Assembly: GCA_021731405.1 (NCBI GenBank)
Contig: JAKFXN010000006.1
Coordinates: forward strand, 1-59,935
Direction of reading: 5' to 3'
DNA length: 59,935 nucleotides
From: Candidatus Parcubacteria bacterium
Lineage (GTDB): Bacteria; Patescibacteriota; Minisyncoccia; Phycocordibacterales; UBA918
The position numbers and the translations under genes are program-made. The notes beneath the pieces were generated by a model. That model worked only from the letters and a program-made list of their open reading frames with translations, had not been told where the DNA came from and made no database searches. Positions 26,397 through 35,912 of this stretch are shown piece after piece; positions within the stretch are counted from its first letter, which is position 1; every line of letters begins with the position of its first letter.

Positions 26397-26942
26397 ATGT
26401 CAGGACATAATAAATGGTCAAAAATTAAACACAAGAAAGCAGCTACCGACGCACAGAAGAGTCGTATTTTTTCTAAGCACTCTCGCCTTATCAGCATGGA
26501 GTCCCGAACCGCACACGGCGACACAAATTCTCCGAGCCTGGCAGCAGCCATTGAACGCGCCAAAAAAGACTCCATGCCAAAAGAAAACATTGATCGAGCA
26601 GTAGCAAAAGGTAAAGACGCAGACGGCGCTTCTTTACAAGAGGTACTTTTTGAAGCCTTTGGTCCAGGTGGTGTGGCTATTTTAATTACCGCCGTCACCG
26701 ACAACAACAATCGCACCGCCCCTGAAATCAAAAACTTGTTTGTTAAGGCTGGATATCAACTTGGCGCACCTGGTTCTGCCGTCTGGGCTTTTAGAAAGGG
26801 TGAGCACGGGTATGTTCCAACTATGCCTTTAGAGCTCAGCGAAAGTGACGGTGAAAAACTGTCCGCTCTAATTGAGCATATTGAAGAACACGATGACGTC
26901 CTTGATATCTACACAACAGCAGACGACGTCCTTGATATCTAA
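26397..26942 (+). CDS. yebC: YebC/PmpR family protein, short form (181 aa)
   Basis: MSGHNKWSKIKHKK, MPKENIDRA, EAFGPGG, TDNNNRT, EHDDV. Confidence 0.93.
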   Translation: MSGHNKWSKIKHKKAATDAQKSRIFSKHSRLISMESRTAHGDTNSPSLAAAIERAKKDSMPKENIDRAVAKGKDADGASLQEVLFEAFGPGGVAILITAVTDNNNRTAPEIKNLFVKAGYQLGAPGSAVWAFRKGEHGYVPTMPLELSESDGEKLSALIEHIEEHDDVLDIYTTADDVLDI

Positions 26943-26947
26943 CTACT

Positions 26948-27427
26948 ATGAAAGTACTTGCCATTGACCCCGGATACGACCGCATCGGAATGGCGGTTAT
27001 TGAGCACGGGAGCACGGGTGAAATCCTGCATCACTCAGAATGTTTTTTGACTGACAAAAAGGCGGAGCTTAATGATCGACTCTTCGCTTTAGGTGAGAGG
27101 GTTGAGGAGCTACTTGCCCTCCATACGCCAAGTGCAGTAGCAATTGAAACTCTCTTTTTTAATAAAAATATAAAGACCGCTATCGGTGTGGCTGAAGCGC
27201 GAGGCCTCATTATCTTTCTAGCCAAAAAACAGGGCTGTGCAGTATACGAGTTTGGTCCTCAAGAAATAAAAATAGCCACGACAGGCTACGGGAAGAGCGA
27301 CAAAAACGCTGTTATTGCTATGCTGAAGCGCCTGATTAAAAATGTCCCTGAAAATGCCCTTGACGATGAGTATGATGCTATTGCTGTTGGTGTAACCTGC
27401 CTTGCACATTATCGAAACAATAGGTAA
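26948..27427 (+). CDS. ruvC: Crossover junction endodeoxyribonuclease RuvC
   Basis: LAIDPG, AIETLFF, EARG, GYGKSDK, DDEYDAIAV. Confidence 0.95.
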   Translation: MKVLAIDPGYDRIGMAVIEHGSTGEILHHSECFLTDKKAELNDRLFALGERVEELLALHTPSAVAIETLFFNKNIKTAIGVAEARGLIIFLAKKQGCAVYEFGPQEIKIATTGYGKSDKNAVIAMLKRLIKNVPENALDDEYDAIAVGVTCLAHYRNNR

Positions 27428-27500
27428 AATCGCAACGTTGGTATAAATAATTTGAATTTTTTACGTATCTCTGTTACAACATATCGAAATAAATGCATGT

Positions 27501-27764
27501 ATGATATTTTTTAGGCAAGACGAAGATGAAGAACCAGAAGCAGGAGAGGATGAAGAAGCGGCACTCGCTGACGATTTGCTTGATGAAGTAGGTGAAGAAG
27601 CGGCACTCGCTGACGAAGAAATTGAGGGGTTTGGTTTACTAACAGAAGAAGATACCAAGGAGGAGGAAGAGGAAAAAGGAGAAGAGGATGACGAAGAAAC
27701 TCCTCTCGATGAAGATGCTGAGGATGTTGACTTTGACACTTTTGATGACGTAGATGAGATGTAA
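27501..27764 (+). CDS. Very acidic small protein (87 aa)
   Basis: 45 of 87 residues are D/E; followed by a strong terminator. Confidence 0.75.
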   Translation: MIFFRQDEDEEPEAGEDEEAALADDLLDEVGEEAALADEEIEGFGLLTEEDTKEEEEEKGEEDDEETPLDEDAEDVDFDTFDDVDEM

Positions 27765-27768
27765 TTTC

Positions 27769-27808
27769 TACTAAAAAAGCGCGGCCCTCGGGCCGCGCTT
27801 TTTTAGTA
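27769..27808. terminator. Bidirectional terminator between the acidic-protein gene and tyrS
   Basis: 19-bp inverted repeat TACTAAAAAAGCGCGGCCC-TC-GGGCCGCGCTTTTTTAGTA. Confidence 0.9.
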
Positions 27809-27811
27809 CCG

Positions 27812-29053
27812 TTATATAAGCTCAATGAGGACTCGACTCTTCTTACCTTTCCGTATAATTGAGAGCGTTCCGTGTTTTTGTTTTGAGACAAGTGTATCCG
27901 CATCTTCAATCACAATCTCGTTGATTGAAACCGCTTTGCTAACAATAAAAGTTCGAGCCTCGCGCTTGCTGGTAGCAAGGCCTGTCTCAATCAAAACATC
28001 CACGAGACTAGTTGCGTCTTTGATCTGAGACTTAGGAGCATGTGCGGCCATGACCGCAAGCTCCGCTTCACTAAGAGTCGTTAGGGCAGCTTTCCCAAAT
28101 AGCACCTCAGTCACCTTCTTAACCCCGCTACAAGCATCCGCTCCGTGTACAAACGTCACCACCTCGTCAGCCAAGCGTAGCTGGGCAATTCTTTTTTCTG
28201 GAGCTTCAGCGTGTGCTTTTTCAATTTCGGCAATTGTTTCAAGTGAAAGGAAGGTGAACAACTTAAGATAGTCAATAACACTTTCATCATCAGTGTTGTA
28301 CCAAAACTGATAGAGTGCATACGGTGAAGTGAGCTCCGTATCAAGCCAGACAGCATTACCCATACTCTTACCAAACTTTTTACCTGTCGCCTTGTCGACA
28401 ACCAACTGCATCGTTAGTCCAAACACGGTATCACCCGTTATCCGCCTGACGTAATCTATGCCGCCAGTGATGTTGCCCCACTGATCAGAGCCACCAATTT
28501 GGAGATCTGCTCCAAATTGCTTGTGTAGGTGGTAAAAGTCGTAACTCTGGAGTAGCCCATATGAAAACTCTGTATATGAGATTCCGTTTTCGCTATTTAG
28601 GCGAGCTGAAATAGCGTCTTTTTTGATGAGATTATTGACCGTAAAGTGTTTGCCTACATCACGCAGAAACTCCACCGCTGAAAGTTTTGAGAGCCAATCA
28701 TAATTATTTACAAACTGAATATCGCCAACAGTAAGCTTTTTTATATTAGCTTCCATTTTCTTGGCCCGAGCAGATACCACGTCTATGGTCGCTAATTCTC
28801 GCTCAGCATCACGACCAGAAGGGTCACCGATGAGCGCTGTTCCCCCACCAATAAGCAAAATAACTTTGTGCCCTGCCTTTAAGAGATGGTTGAGGAGCAT
28901 ATACGGCACCAAGTTGCCCACATGAATAGCCTCAGCCGTTGGATCAATACCTAGATAAACCACTCGTGGTGCCCCGTCGAGTATTTCCCCTAGGTCATCT
29001 GTCGAATACTGGTAAATAAAGCCTCTTTTTAGTAACTCTTCGGACAATTTCAT
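27812..29053 (-). CDS. tyrS: Tyrosine--tRNA ligase
   Basis: YLGIDPTA, HVGN, QIGGSDQWGN, KFGKS, C-terminal S4 domain. Confidence 0.97.
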   Translation of the reverse strand: MKLSEELLKRGFIYQYSTDDLGEILDGAPRVVYLGIDPTAEAIHVGNLVPYMLLNHLLKAGHKVILLIGGGTALIGDPSGRDAERELATIDVVSARAKKMEANIKKLTVGDIQFVNNYDWLSKLSAVEFLRDVGKHFTVNNLIKKDAISARLNSENGISYTEFSYGLLQSYDFYHLHKQFGADLQIGGSDQWGNITGGIDYVRRITGDTVFGLTMQLVVDKATGKKFGKSMGNAVWLDTELTSPYALYQFWYNTDDESVIDYLKLFTFLSLETIAEIEKAHAEAPEKRIAQLRLADEVVTFVHGADACSGVKKVTEVLFGKAALTTLSEAELAVMAAHAPKSQIKDATSLVDVLIETGLATSKREARTFIVSKAVSINEIVIEDADTLVSKQKHGTLSIIRKGKKSRVLIELI

Positions 29054-29123
29054 AAAATAACTCTACCACACAATCTGCGTAAATTGTCTAGACAACTCGT
29101 GGTACTATTGGCTATATATAACA

Positions 29124-31340
29124 ATGTATATGATTAAAAAATCTTGGTTTGCCCGCAATAAAAAAGACATCCTTATTGATATTGGGATTTTTATTTTTGC
29201 GGTCGGTATATTGAGCGCTGCAGGGCTATTATTTTGGGTTTCAACCCTTGAAATGCCTGATTTGTCTTCGTTCGAAGAACGTCGCGTCCTCCAATCAACC
29301 AAAATATATGACAGAACTGGAGAAATTCTCCTCTACGACTTACACCAAGATGTAAAACGAACGGTTGTTCCCTTTGAAAACATCTCACGACACCTCAAAA
29401 ATGCTTCTATCGCCATCGAAGACGATCAGTTCTACAACCATTACGGTATAGAGCCAAAAGCGATTCTTCGAGCAGTGGTTACTAACTTCCAGCAAGGAAA
29501 TCTGCTTGGCGGACAAGGAGGTTCTACAATTACTCAACAAGTAATTAAAAACTCTATCTTGCAGCGCGAAAAAACCCTCACGCGTAAAGTAAAAGAGTGG
29601 ATTTTGGCAATTAAAATAGAGCGTATTTTATCTAAAGATGAAATTCTCAGTATTTACTTAAATGAATCTCCGTACGGTGGAACCATTTATGGTGTTGAGG
29701 AGGCGGCTCAGTCTTTCTTTGGTAAAAGCGCTGCTGACGTGACTCTTGCTGAGTCAGCTTACCTTGCTTCACTTCCCCAATCTCCAACTTTCCTCTCACC
29801 GTACGGTAATAACCGATCATATCTAGATGAACGCCAAAAGCTAGTTCTGGAGCGTATGAGAATTAATGACTTTATTACTGAGGAAGAATTTGAAGCTGCT
29901 AAGGCAGAAGTTGTTGAGTTCCAACCCCAAGCCGTCACCGGCATACGAGCCCCTCACTTTGTAATGTTTATTCGAGAACAACTAGCTGAAACCTACGGAG
30001 AAGAAGCTCTATCTGAACGAGGACTACGTGTTATCACTACCTTAGACTGGGAACTACAAAAGGAAGCGGAACGAATTGTGGCTGAAAAGGGAGCAGCCAA
30101 CGTAGATAAATTTAATGCCAACAACGCTGGACTTGTAGCTACCGACCCAAAAACTGGTGACCTCCTTGTGATGGTTGGTTCACGCGATTACTTTAGTGAA
30201 GAAATAGACGGCAACTTCAATGTCGCCCTAGCCGAGAGACAGCCAGGATCAGTTATTAAGCCTTTTATCTACGCAACAGCCTTTTCAAAAGGGTACCTAC
30301 CTGACACGGTCTTATTTGATGTACGAACACAATTTTCTCCTCAGTGTCCCGCAGACAGCCCGAGCTCAGAGTCTCCTTGCTATTCACCAAACAACTACAA
30401 CAACAAATTCTTGGGGCCAATCAGTATGCGAAACGCGCTGGCTCAGTCACTTAACATCCCAGCTGTAAAAACGCTTTACTTAGCGGGGGTAAAAGACTCA
30501 CTCAAACTAGCGGCTGATATGGGAATCACCACCCTTAATGACCCTGAGAGGTACGGCCTTACTCTCGTTCTAGGAGGAGGTGAGGTTCGTCTCGTTGATA
30601 TAACCTATGCGTATAGCGTCTTTGCTAATGAGGGCGTTAAAGCGGAACCAAGAAGTATTCTTAGGGTAGAAGATAATCGCGGCAATATTGTTGAAGAAAA
30701 CCAAGTTGTCACAAAACGCGTACTTGATGAAAATGTTGCCCTCATGATTAGTGACGTTCTATCTGACAACGTAGCCCGCACCCCACTTTGGGGAGCTAAC
30801 TCGCTTGTAAACTTTGGCGGAAGGTCTGTCGCCTCAAAAACTGGTAGTACCAACAACTTTTATGATGCCTGGCTTATGGGCTACGCACCTAACATCACTG
30901 TTGGAGTTTGGGTAGGAAATAACATGCCTTCATCTATGAATGGTCTATCCGGCCTGATTGTAACCCCGATGTGGCGAGAGTTTATGGACATCGCCCTAGC
31001 AAAACTACCTGAAGAAACTTTTGAACAACCAACTATAAACCGAGTGGGGGTAAAACCAATTATCCGCGGCGAATATATCGACACCACCAACATTCTTGAA
31101 CTAATCCAAAACAATGAAGATGTGGACCTCGCTTCAATTTACCAAAACATCCATTCTATTCTTCATTTTGTAGACCCTAAAAATCCACTGGGCCCTGCCC
31201 CTACAAACCCTCAGAACGAACCTCAGTATGAAAACTGGGAGTATGCAGTGCAAGCCTGGAAAAACGAAACCTACGGCACCAGAGAGGACGTAGAGGCTAT
31301 GGAGGAAGAAGACGAGCCTGAACGAAGAATCAGAGATTAA
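29124..31340 (+). CDS. Class A penicillin-binding protein (PBP1A-like)
   Basis: IEDDQFYNH, GGSTITQQ, RKVKE transglycosylase motifs; GSVIK (SxxK), SLN, KTG transpeptidase motifs. Confidence 0.93.
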   Translation: MYMIKKSWFARNKKDILIDIGIFIFAVGILSAAGLLFWVSTLEMPDLSSFEERRVLQSTKIYDRTGEILLYDLHQDVKRTVVPFENISRHLKNASIAIEDDQFYNHYGIEPKAILRAVVTNFQQGNLLGGQGGSTITQQVIKNSILQREKTLTRKVKEWILAIKIERILSKDEILSIYLNESPYGGTIYGVEEAAQSFFGKSAADVTLAESAYLASLPQSPTFLSPYGNNRSYLDERQKLVLERMRINDFITEEEFEAAKAEVVEFQPQAVTGIRAPHFVMFIREQLAETYGEEALSERGLRVITTLDWELQKEAERIVAEKGAANVDKFNANNAGLVATDPKTGDLLVMVGSRDYFSEEIDGNFNVALAERQPGSVIKPFIYATAFSKGYLPDTVLFDVRTQFSPQCPADSPSSESPCYSPNNYNNKFLGPISMRNALAQSLNIPAVKTLYLAGVKDSLKLAADMGITTLNDPERYGLTLVLGGGEVRLVDITYAYSVFANEGVKAEPRSILRVEDNRGNIVEENQVVTKRVLDENVALMISDVLSDNVARTPLWGANSLVNFGGRSVASKTGSTNNFYDAWLMGYAPNITVGVWVGNNMPSSMNGLSGLIVTPMWREFMDIALAKLPEETFEQPTINRVGVKPIIRGEYIDTTNILELIQNNEDVDLASIYQNIHSILHFVDPKNPLGPAPTNPQNEPQYENWEYAVQAWKNETYGTREDVEAMEEEDEPERRIRD

Positions 31341-31627
31341 AGAATAGTGGTAGGGGCACTTTTTGCCCCCAGACGCTTCTTAAGCTCCGCTAGAACAGCG
31401 GAGCTTTTTAGTTGTACTTCTTGCCGAATGATACTGGGAGCGGAAATACGAATAATTCGAGAGCTTACGGTATAAGAAACCTGCTCTTCTTTAAGAGTAA
31501 TGTGTAAGATCTCGCCTACCACCCGAATAGTCTCTAGTTCTACACTTTTCTGAGGAGCCTGAAGAGTAGTTTTATATTTGGCAAAAAGATCTTTAATCGC
31601 CGTAATTTCTCCACGACGCTTAAGCAT
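31337..31627 (-). CDS. DciA/DUF721-like small protein
   Basis: Directly downstream of dnaN; IIRISAPSIIRQEVQLKSSAVLAELKKRLG matches the DciA-type pattern. Confidence 0.5.
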   Translation of the reverse strand: MLKRRGEITAIKDLFAKYKTTLQAPQKSVELETIRVVGEILHITLKEEQVSYTVSSRIIRISAPSIIRQEVQLKSSAVLAELKKRLGAKSAPTTIL

Positions 31628-31629
31628 AC

Positions 31630-32727
31630 CTAGCGATTCATCGGCATTACCAAATACCTAAGAGAGTTATCTGAAACACCAGTTATTACAAGCGGGCGAC
31701 CAATACCAGCAAAATTAAGAACAAGACTATCATCACTAATATGTGCCAACGGTTCAATTACATACTGTTGATTAAAGTTTAGAGATAACTCTTCCCCGTT
31801 AATAACCGCTGCAATTGTATCGGTAATATGCCCAACTTCATTATTTTGAGAGGATATAGTAACCGCCTTCTCAGTGAGAGTAAGCGAGACTTGCATAAAT
31901 TTATTTAAAAATACAGAAGTTTTCTTAAAAGCGTTTTGTAAATCATTTTTAAGGAGGGTCACTTTAGTAACATATTCCTTTGGGATAATTTGTTCATAGT
32001 CAGGGAAAGAACCAGATACTAAGCGTGAAGTGATATATACTCCTTCAGTTTTAAAATCTAAAGCACATTGATTTTCGGTTACAGTGAGCTCAGGGTCAGA
32101 TTGTAAAAGATCACAAATTCGAGCCAATTCAATAGCGTTTTTTTGTGGCACTAAAAATGAGTGATTTAATATAACTCCTTTTTGTGGCACTGTTTTTTCC
32201 ATTAGTCTAAATGAGTCTGTAGATACAAAAGTAAGAGTATGTTCTTTTTTTTGTTGAATAAAGACACTTCCAAGCTCTGGTTTTATTGAAGATTGTGAGG
32301 CAGCAAAAGCGGCGGTCTTTATTCCTAAAGCAAATAAAGAGCGATTAATTAAAATACTCTCTCCTTCTAAGGTGTGTATATTAGGAAACTCGTCAGCGGA
32401 AATAGATTTTATTGAAGTGTTGGTTTGTTTTGACTCTATTAAAAGTACATTTTCTTCAACCCGTAAAGTTACTTCTGATTCGTTTATATATTGAATACTT
32501 TGTAAAAAAGTAGAAGCAGGAATAGCGATTGTACCTATTTCATTTATTCTTCCAGGTACTATTACTTCAATACTTAACTCTAAGTTTGTGGCTTTAAATA
32601 CAATTTCTTTTTCTGTAACAGTAATAAGTGCACACTGGAGCACAGGGAGTGTAACATGCTTGGTACTAATTTTTGTGAGTAACTCAAGTGCCTTAATAAG
32701 TTGTGAGTGTGGGACTATTATTTCCAT
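31630..32727 (-). CDS. dnaN: DNA polymerase III beta clamp
   Basis: KATNLE, VSTDSFRL, SRLVSGSFPDY, NFNQQY, LVMPM. Confidence 0.97.
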   Translation of the reverse strand: MEIIVPHSQLIKALELLTKISTKHVTLPVLQCALITVTEKEIVFKATNLELSIEVIVPGRINEIGTIAIPASTFLQSIQYINESEVTLRVEENVLLIESKQTNTSIKSISADEFPNIHTLEGESILINRSLFALGIKTAAFAASQSSIKPELGSVFIQQKKEHTLTFVSTDSFRLMEKTVPQKGVILNHSFLVPQKNAIELARICDLLQSDPELTVTENQCALDFKTEGVYITSRLVSGSFPDYEQIIPKEYVTKVTLLKNDLQNAFKKTSVFLNKFMQVSLTLTEKAVTISSQNNEVGHITDTIAAVINGEELSLNFNQQYVIEPLAHISDDSLVLNFAGIGRPLVITGVSDNSLRYLVMPMNR

Positions 32728-33036
32728 ATAAAAACTATTTTACTCTCTACTATTAGGGTTGTGGAAGTGTGCATATCTTTAAAATAGTGTTGTATTACGT
32801 ATTGTATAAGGTTTTTTAATCAACACTTACTACTTCATTTCCTGTTAATAGTGATTTTTTAGTTGGGGATGACTACGGTAGTTTGTTTTGGTTGTGTATA
32901 ACATAACCACATTACCCCCACTTTTATGACTTCTTTTTAGTAAAAACTTTAAACTGTAAGAAGGTTATCTACATAGCTTATCATAAGATATGTACAGAGA
33001 TGCTCCTTAAATAAAAAACTCCTTCGAAGGAGTTTT
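32728..33036. other. Probable oriC (dnaA-dnaN spacer)
   Basis: AT-rich; DnaA-box match TTATACACA (32893-901, minus), TTATCTACA (32965-73) and several 2-mismatch boxes. Confidence 0.7.
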
Positions 33037-33051
33037 TTATTTAAGGAGCAT
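33000..33051. terminator. 52-bp perfect palindrome overlapping the dnaA stop (terminator)
   Basis: ATGCTCCTTAAATAAAAAACTCCTTC|GAAGGAGTTTTTTATTTAAGGAGCAT, no spacer. Confidence 0.85.
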
Positions 33052-34422
33052 TCGTATCTGAGTAATTTCCTCTTCAAGCTCTGAGTTGGATTTAAGTTCC
33101 GCTTTAATCTTTTCACAAGAGTGAATAACGGTAGTGTGGTCTCTCCCCCCTAGTTTTTTACCAATTGCTGGGTATGAAACTTGGAAATCTTCGCGCAGAA
33201 TATACATAATAATCTGTCGCGGCTTCACAATCTCTTTTCTACGCGTCTTCTCATAAATACTAGCTTGATCAATATCAAAGTAGCGAGCCACCTTATCAAC
33301 CACATCTGAGACAGCGAGAGTTTTTCTTGGTCTTGAGCTGTTTTTAATAATTGCCTTTACTTCATCAAGTGAGAGGGTGCGGCCGAGGAGTTGAGATTGA
33401 CACATGATGGTGTTAAGAGCCCCCTCCAGTTCGCGAATATTCCCTTCAATTGTGTGAGCAAGATGGTCTACCACATCATCTGAAAGAGTAATGCTGTTTT
33501 GCGCCGCTTTTGCCTTCAAAATAGCCGCTCTTGATTCTAGGTCTGGGGCTGGGATATCTACGATCATGCCTTGGGCAAAGCGAGACTGCAAGCGCTCTTC
33601 TAGACCAGAAAGAAGGGCGGGGTGAATGTCGCTTGAGAAAACGATTTGTTTATTGGTGTCATGGAGAGCATTAAAGAGGTGAAATAGCTCTTCTTGTGTT
33701 TTTTCTTTGCTAGCCAAGAACTGTACGTCGTCCATGATAAGTACGTCGTATTGACGGTATTTATCCTTGAAGCTATTAGCGGTACCACTTTGGAGTGAGT
33801 TGAAGTAGTCGACTGCAAAACGCTCACTGGTCACGTAAAATACTTTCTTCCCTTGTTTCTTAACTTGATTCCCTACCGCTTGAATGAGGTGGGTTTTACC
33901 ATGACCAGTTTTACCATAGATGAAGAGTGGATTGTAGGCGATTCCTGGCTTGTCACTAACTGTTTTGGCAGCGGCATGAGCCAGTGCGTTATACGGCCCA
34001 ATAACAAAGTTCTCAAACGAATATTTTGGGTTGAGATTGTCACTTTTGTTGATGTAGTATTCCTCAAGTGGGAGGGCTGCATTTACTGTTTGTGTCTTAC
34101 TCCCTTCACTTCTCCGGTCACTTCGTTGTACTACTTCATATTCAACACTACGAACGTATCCTGAAACGTCGCGCAAAGTCTTAAGAATCATTGATTGAAA
34201 CTTATCTTGCAACCAGTCACGTACAAACACACTTGGTACGGCTAAGGTGGCGGTTCCGTCTTCTAAAGAAAGAATATATGTGTCTCGAAACCAAGTTTTA
34301 AAATTGGCTGGAGTAATAGAGAGTTCAATGTTCACTAGCGCGTCATCCCAAAGCTTTTTAACATCAATATGCTCTGTGCGCACAATGCTGTTTGTTGAAG
34401 AAGGATGTGAGATAGGATTCAT
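33037..34422 (-). CDS. dnaA: Chromosomal replication initiator DnaA
   Basis: NLNPKYSFENFV, YNPLFIYGKTGHGKTHL, DDVQFL, NIRELEGA, GGRDHTTVIH. Confidence 0.98.
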   Translation of the reverse strand: MNPISHPSSTNSIVRTEHIDVKKLWDDALVNIELSITPANFKTWFRDTYILSLEDGTATLAVPSVFVRDWLQDKFQSMILKTLRDVSGYVRSVEYEVVQRSDRRSEGSKTQTVNAALPLEEYYINKSDNLNPKYSFENFVIGPYNALAHAAAKTVSDKPGIAYNPLFIYGKTGHGKTHLIQAVGNQVKKQGKKVFYVTSERFAVDYFNSLQSGTANSFKDKYRQYDVLIMDDVQFLASKEKTQEELFHLFNALHDTNKQIVFSSDIHPALLSGLEERLQSRFAQGMIVDIPAPDLESRAAILKAKAAQNSITLSDDVVDHLAHTIEGNIRELEGALNTIMCQSQLLGRTLSLDEVKAIIKNSSRPRKTLAVSDVVDKVARYFDIDQASIYEKTRRKEIVKPRQIIMYILREDFQVSYPAIGKKLGGRDHTTVIHSCEKIKAELKSNSELEEEITQIRMLLK

Positions 34423-34426
34423 GGCG

Positions 34427-34557
34427 TGTGGAACAATCTAAACAGTAACAAGCATTATACTCTCCTTCAGCCACCTGTAAAATTTTTGGTAAAAATCTAG
34501 AGAAAGGGACCCCTTTTTTGGGTTTAAAAAATGCAACTGTGTATAACCTGTTAATAA
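34427..34557. promoter_or_regulatory. DnaA boxes upstream of dnaA
   Basis: TTATACACA (34538-46, minus), TGTTCCACA (34427-35), TTATTAACA (34549-57). Confidence 0.6.
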
Positions 34558-34604
34558 ATTGACCCCTATTGAATTATTACTACGTTCATGTATAGTTGTG
34601 CGGT

Positions 34605-34754
34605 ATGAGTAAAAGAACCTATCAACCAAGCAAGCAAAAGCGCGCAACCACGCACGGTTTTTTGGTCCGGAGTGAAACCACTTCAGGAGCAAAAGTTATC
34701 CAGGCGCGCCGCCGCAAAGGTCGAGCCCAGCTCACCGTAAAAAAAGCTCAATAG
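34605..34754 (+). CDS. rpmH: 50S ribosomal protein L34 (missed by ORF track)
   Basis: Manual translation [49 protein letters not shown]. Confidence 0.96.
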   Translation: MSKRTYQPSKQKRATTHGFLVRSETTSGAKVIQARRRKGRAQLTVKKAQ

Positions 34755-34785
34755 AGCTTTTTTTTATACCGTATACTAACGCTAT

Positions 34786-35112
34786 ATGCTTAAAAAAACT
34801 GAGCGATTAAGCCGTTTTGCCTTTTCTATTCATTTTGTAAAAGGTAAAAAGACACACCAAAAATATACCTCCATTATCAGCTCCCCTGCCCCTCACTTTA
34901 AGGCGGCAGTAGTGGTTGGTAAGAAGGTGTCTAAAAAGTCGCCTACCAGAAACAGTATCAAGCGCCGGATCTATGGACTCATCGAAATCGCTCGAAAGGA
35001 GAAAGACGTAACTGGTGTCTATATTGTGATAGCTAAGCCAGAACTGGCCAAGCTCACCAAAAATGCTTTTAAGGAAGCAATTTTAGCAGAATTTGGAGGG
35101 GTGATTAATTAA
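34786..35112 (+). CDS. rnpA: Ribonuclease P protein component
   Basis: MLKKTERL, AAVVVGKKVSKKSPTRNSIKRR; located after rpmH. Confidence 0.88.
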   Translation: MLKKTERLSRFAFSIHFVKGKKTHQKYTSIISSPAPHFKAAVVVGKKVSKKSPTRNSIKRRIYGLIEIARKEKDVTGVYIVIAKPELAKLTKNAFKEAILAEFGGVIN

Positions 35113-35128
35113 AGGTAGAATAGCGACT

Positions 35129-35857
35129 ATGTTTACGTATATTTGGCACACATTTTTCTTTGACCCTGTTTACAATGGTTTAATATTTTTTATCGACGTT
35201 ATTCCTGGGGGAGATGTTGGTCTAGCGATTATTGCTACCGTGATTGTGGTGAAGACTATCCTTCTTCCTCTTTCTATTAAAGCAGCCAAGACACAACGCG
35301 TGATGCGCGAGATTGACCCAAAGCTTAAGGAAATAAAAGAAACACTTAAAGATAAGCGCGAAGAACAGGCGCAGGCCATGATGAAGATTTATCGTGAGGC
35401 TGGCATCAACCCATTTGCGAGTATTTTTCTTATTTTCCTCCAAATACCAATTATTATTGCTCTCTATTTTTCTGTCTATACGGGCGGGGGGATCGCTCTA
35501 CCAGCAATAAATGTTGACCTGCTGTATTCGTTTATTCCAGTGCCAGAATTCGCGGACATGAACTTCATGGGCATGATAGACATCACTGGTAAGAGCCTCG
35601 TCCTCGCTCTCTTGGCGGGTGTCACTCAGTACTATCAAGTGAAGCTGGCTATGCCCGCTCTTCCGCCTCGTGATCCAAAGGTAGCCCCAAACTTCAAAGA
35701 TGACTTTAGTCGAAACATGCAACTACAGATGCGGTATGTGATGCCGGTCATTATCTTCTTTGTGGCTTATGCCGTCTCGGCGGCGATTGCGCTCTACTTC
35801 TTTGTCAGTAATGCGGTCGCTATTCTTCAGGAAGTCTACGTACGAAAGCATCGCTAA
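35129..35857 (+). CDS. yidC: YidC/Oxa1 membrane insertase (short, monoderm type)
   Basis: GLAII, KTILLPLS, AGINPFAS, QIPI, ALYFFVSN. Confidence 0.93.
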   Translation: MFTYIWHTFFFDPVYNGLIFFIDVIPGGDVGLAIIATVIVVKTILLPLSIKAAKTQRVMREIDPKLKEIKETLKDKREEQAQAMMKIYREAGINPFASIFLIFLQIPIIIALYFSVYTGGGIALPAINVDLLYSFIPVPEFADMNFMGMIDITGKSLVLALLAGVTQYYQVKLAMPALPPRDPKVAPNFKDDFSRNMQLQMRYVMPVIIFFVAYAVSAAIALYFFVSNAVAILQEVYVRKHR

Positions 35858-35865
35858 AACGAAAT

Positions 35866-35904
35866 TAAAAAAACCGCCAACCTAAATGGTTGGCGGTTTT
35901 TTTA
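35866..35904. terminator. Bidirectional terminator yidC / pilin
   Basis: 17-bp inverted repeat with A/T tails. Confidence 0.85.
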
Positions 35905-35912
35905 TTGGTATC

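Noticed and set aside
26309-27909. Antisense or overlapping ORFs 26309-26731, 27461-27739 and 27511-27909
   Set aside because: Shadows of yebC and of the acidic-protein gene; biased composition explains the open frames.
29054-29123. T-box leader for tyrS
   Set aside because: The spacer is only 70 bp and a -10 box lies 6 nt from the ATG, leaving no room for a T-box.
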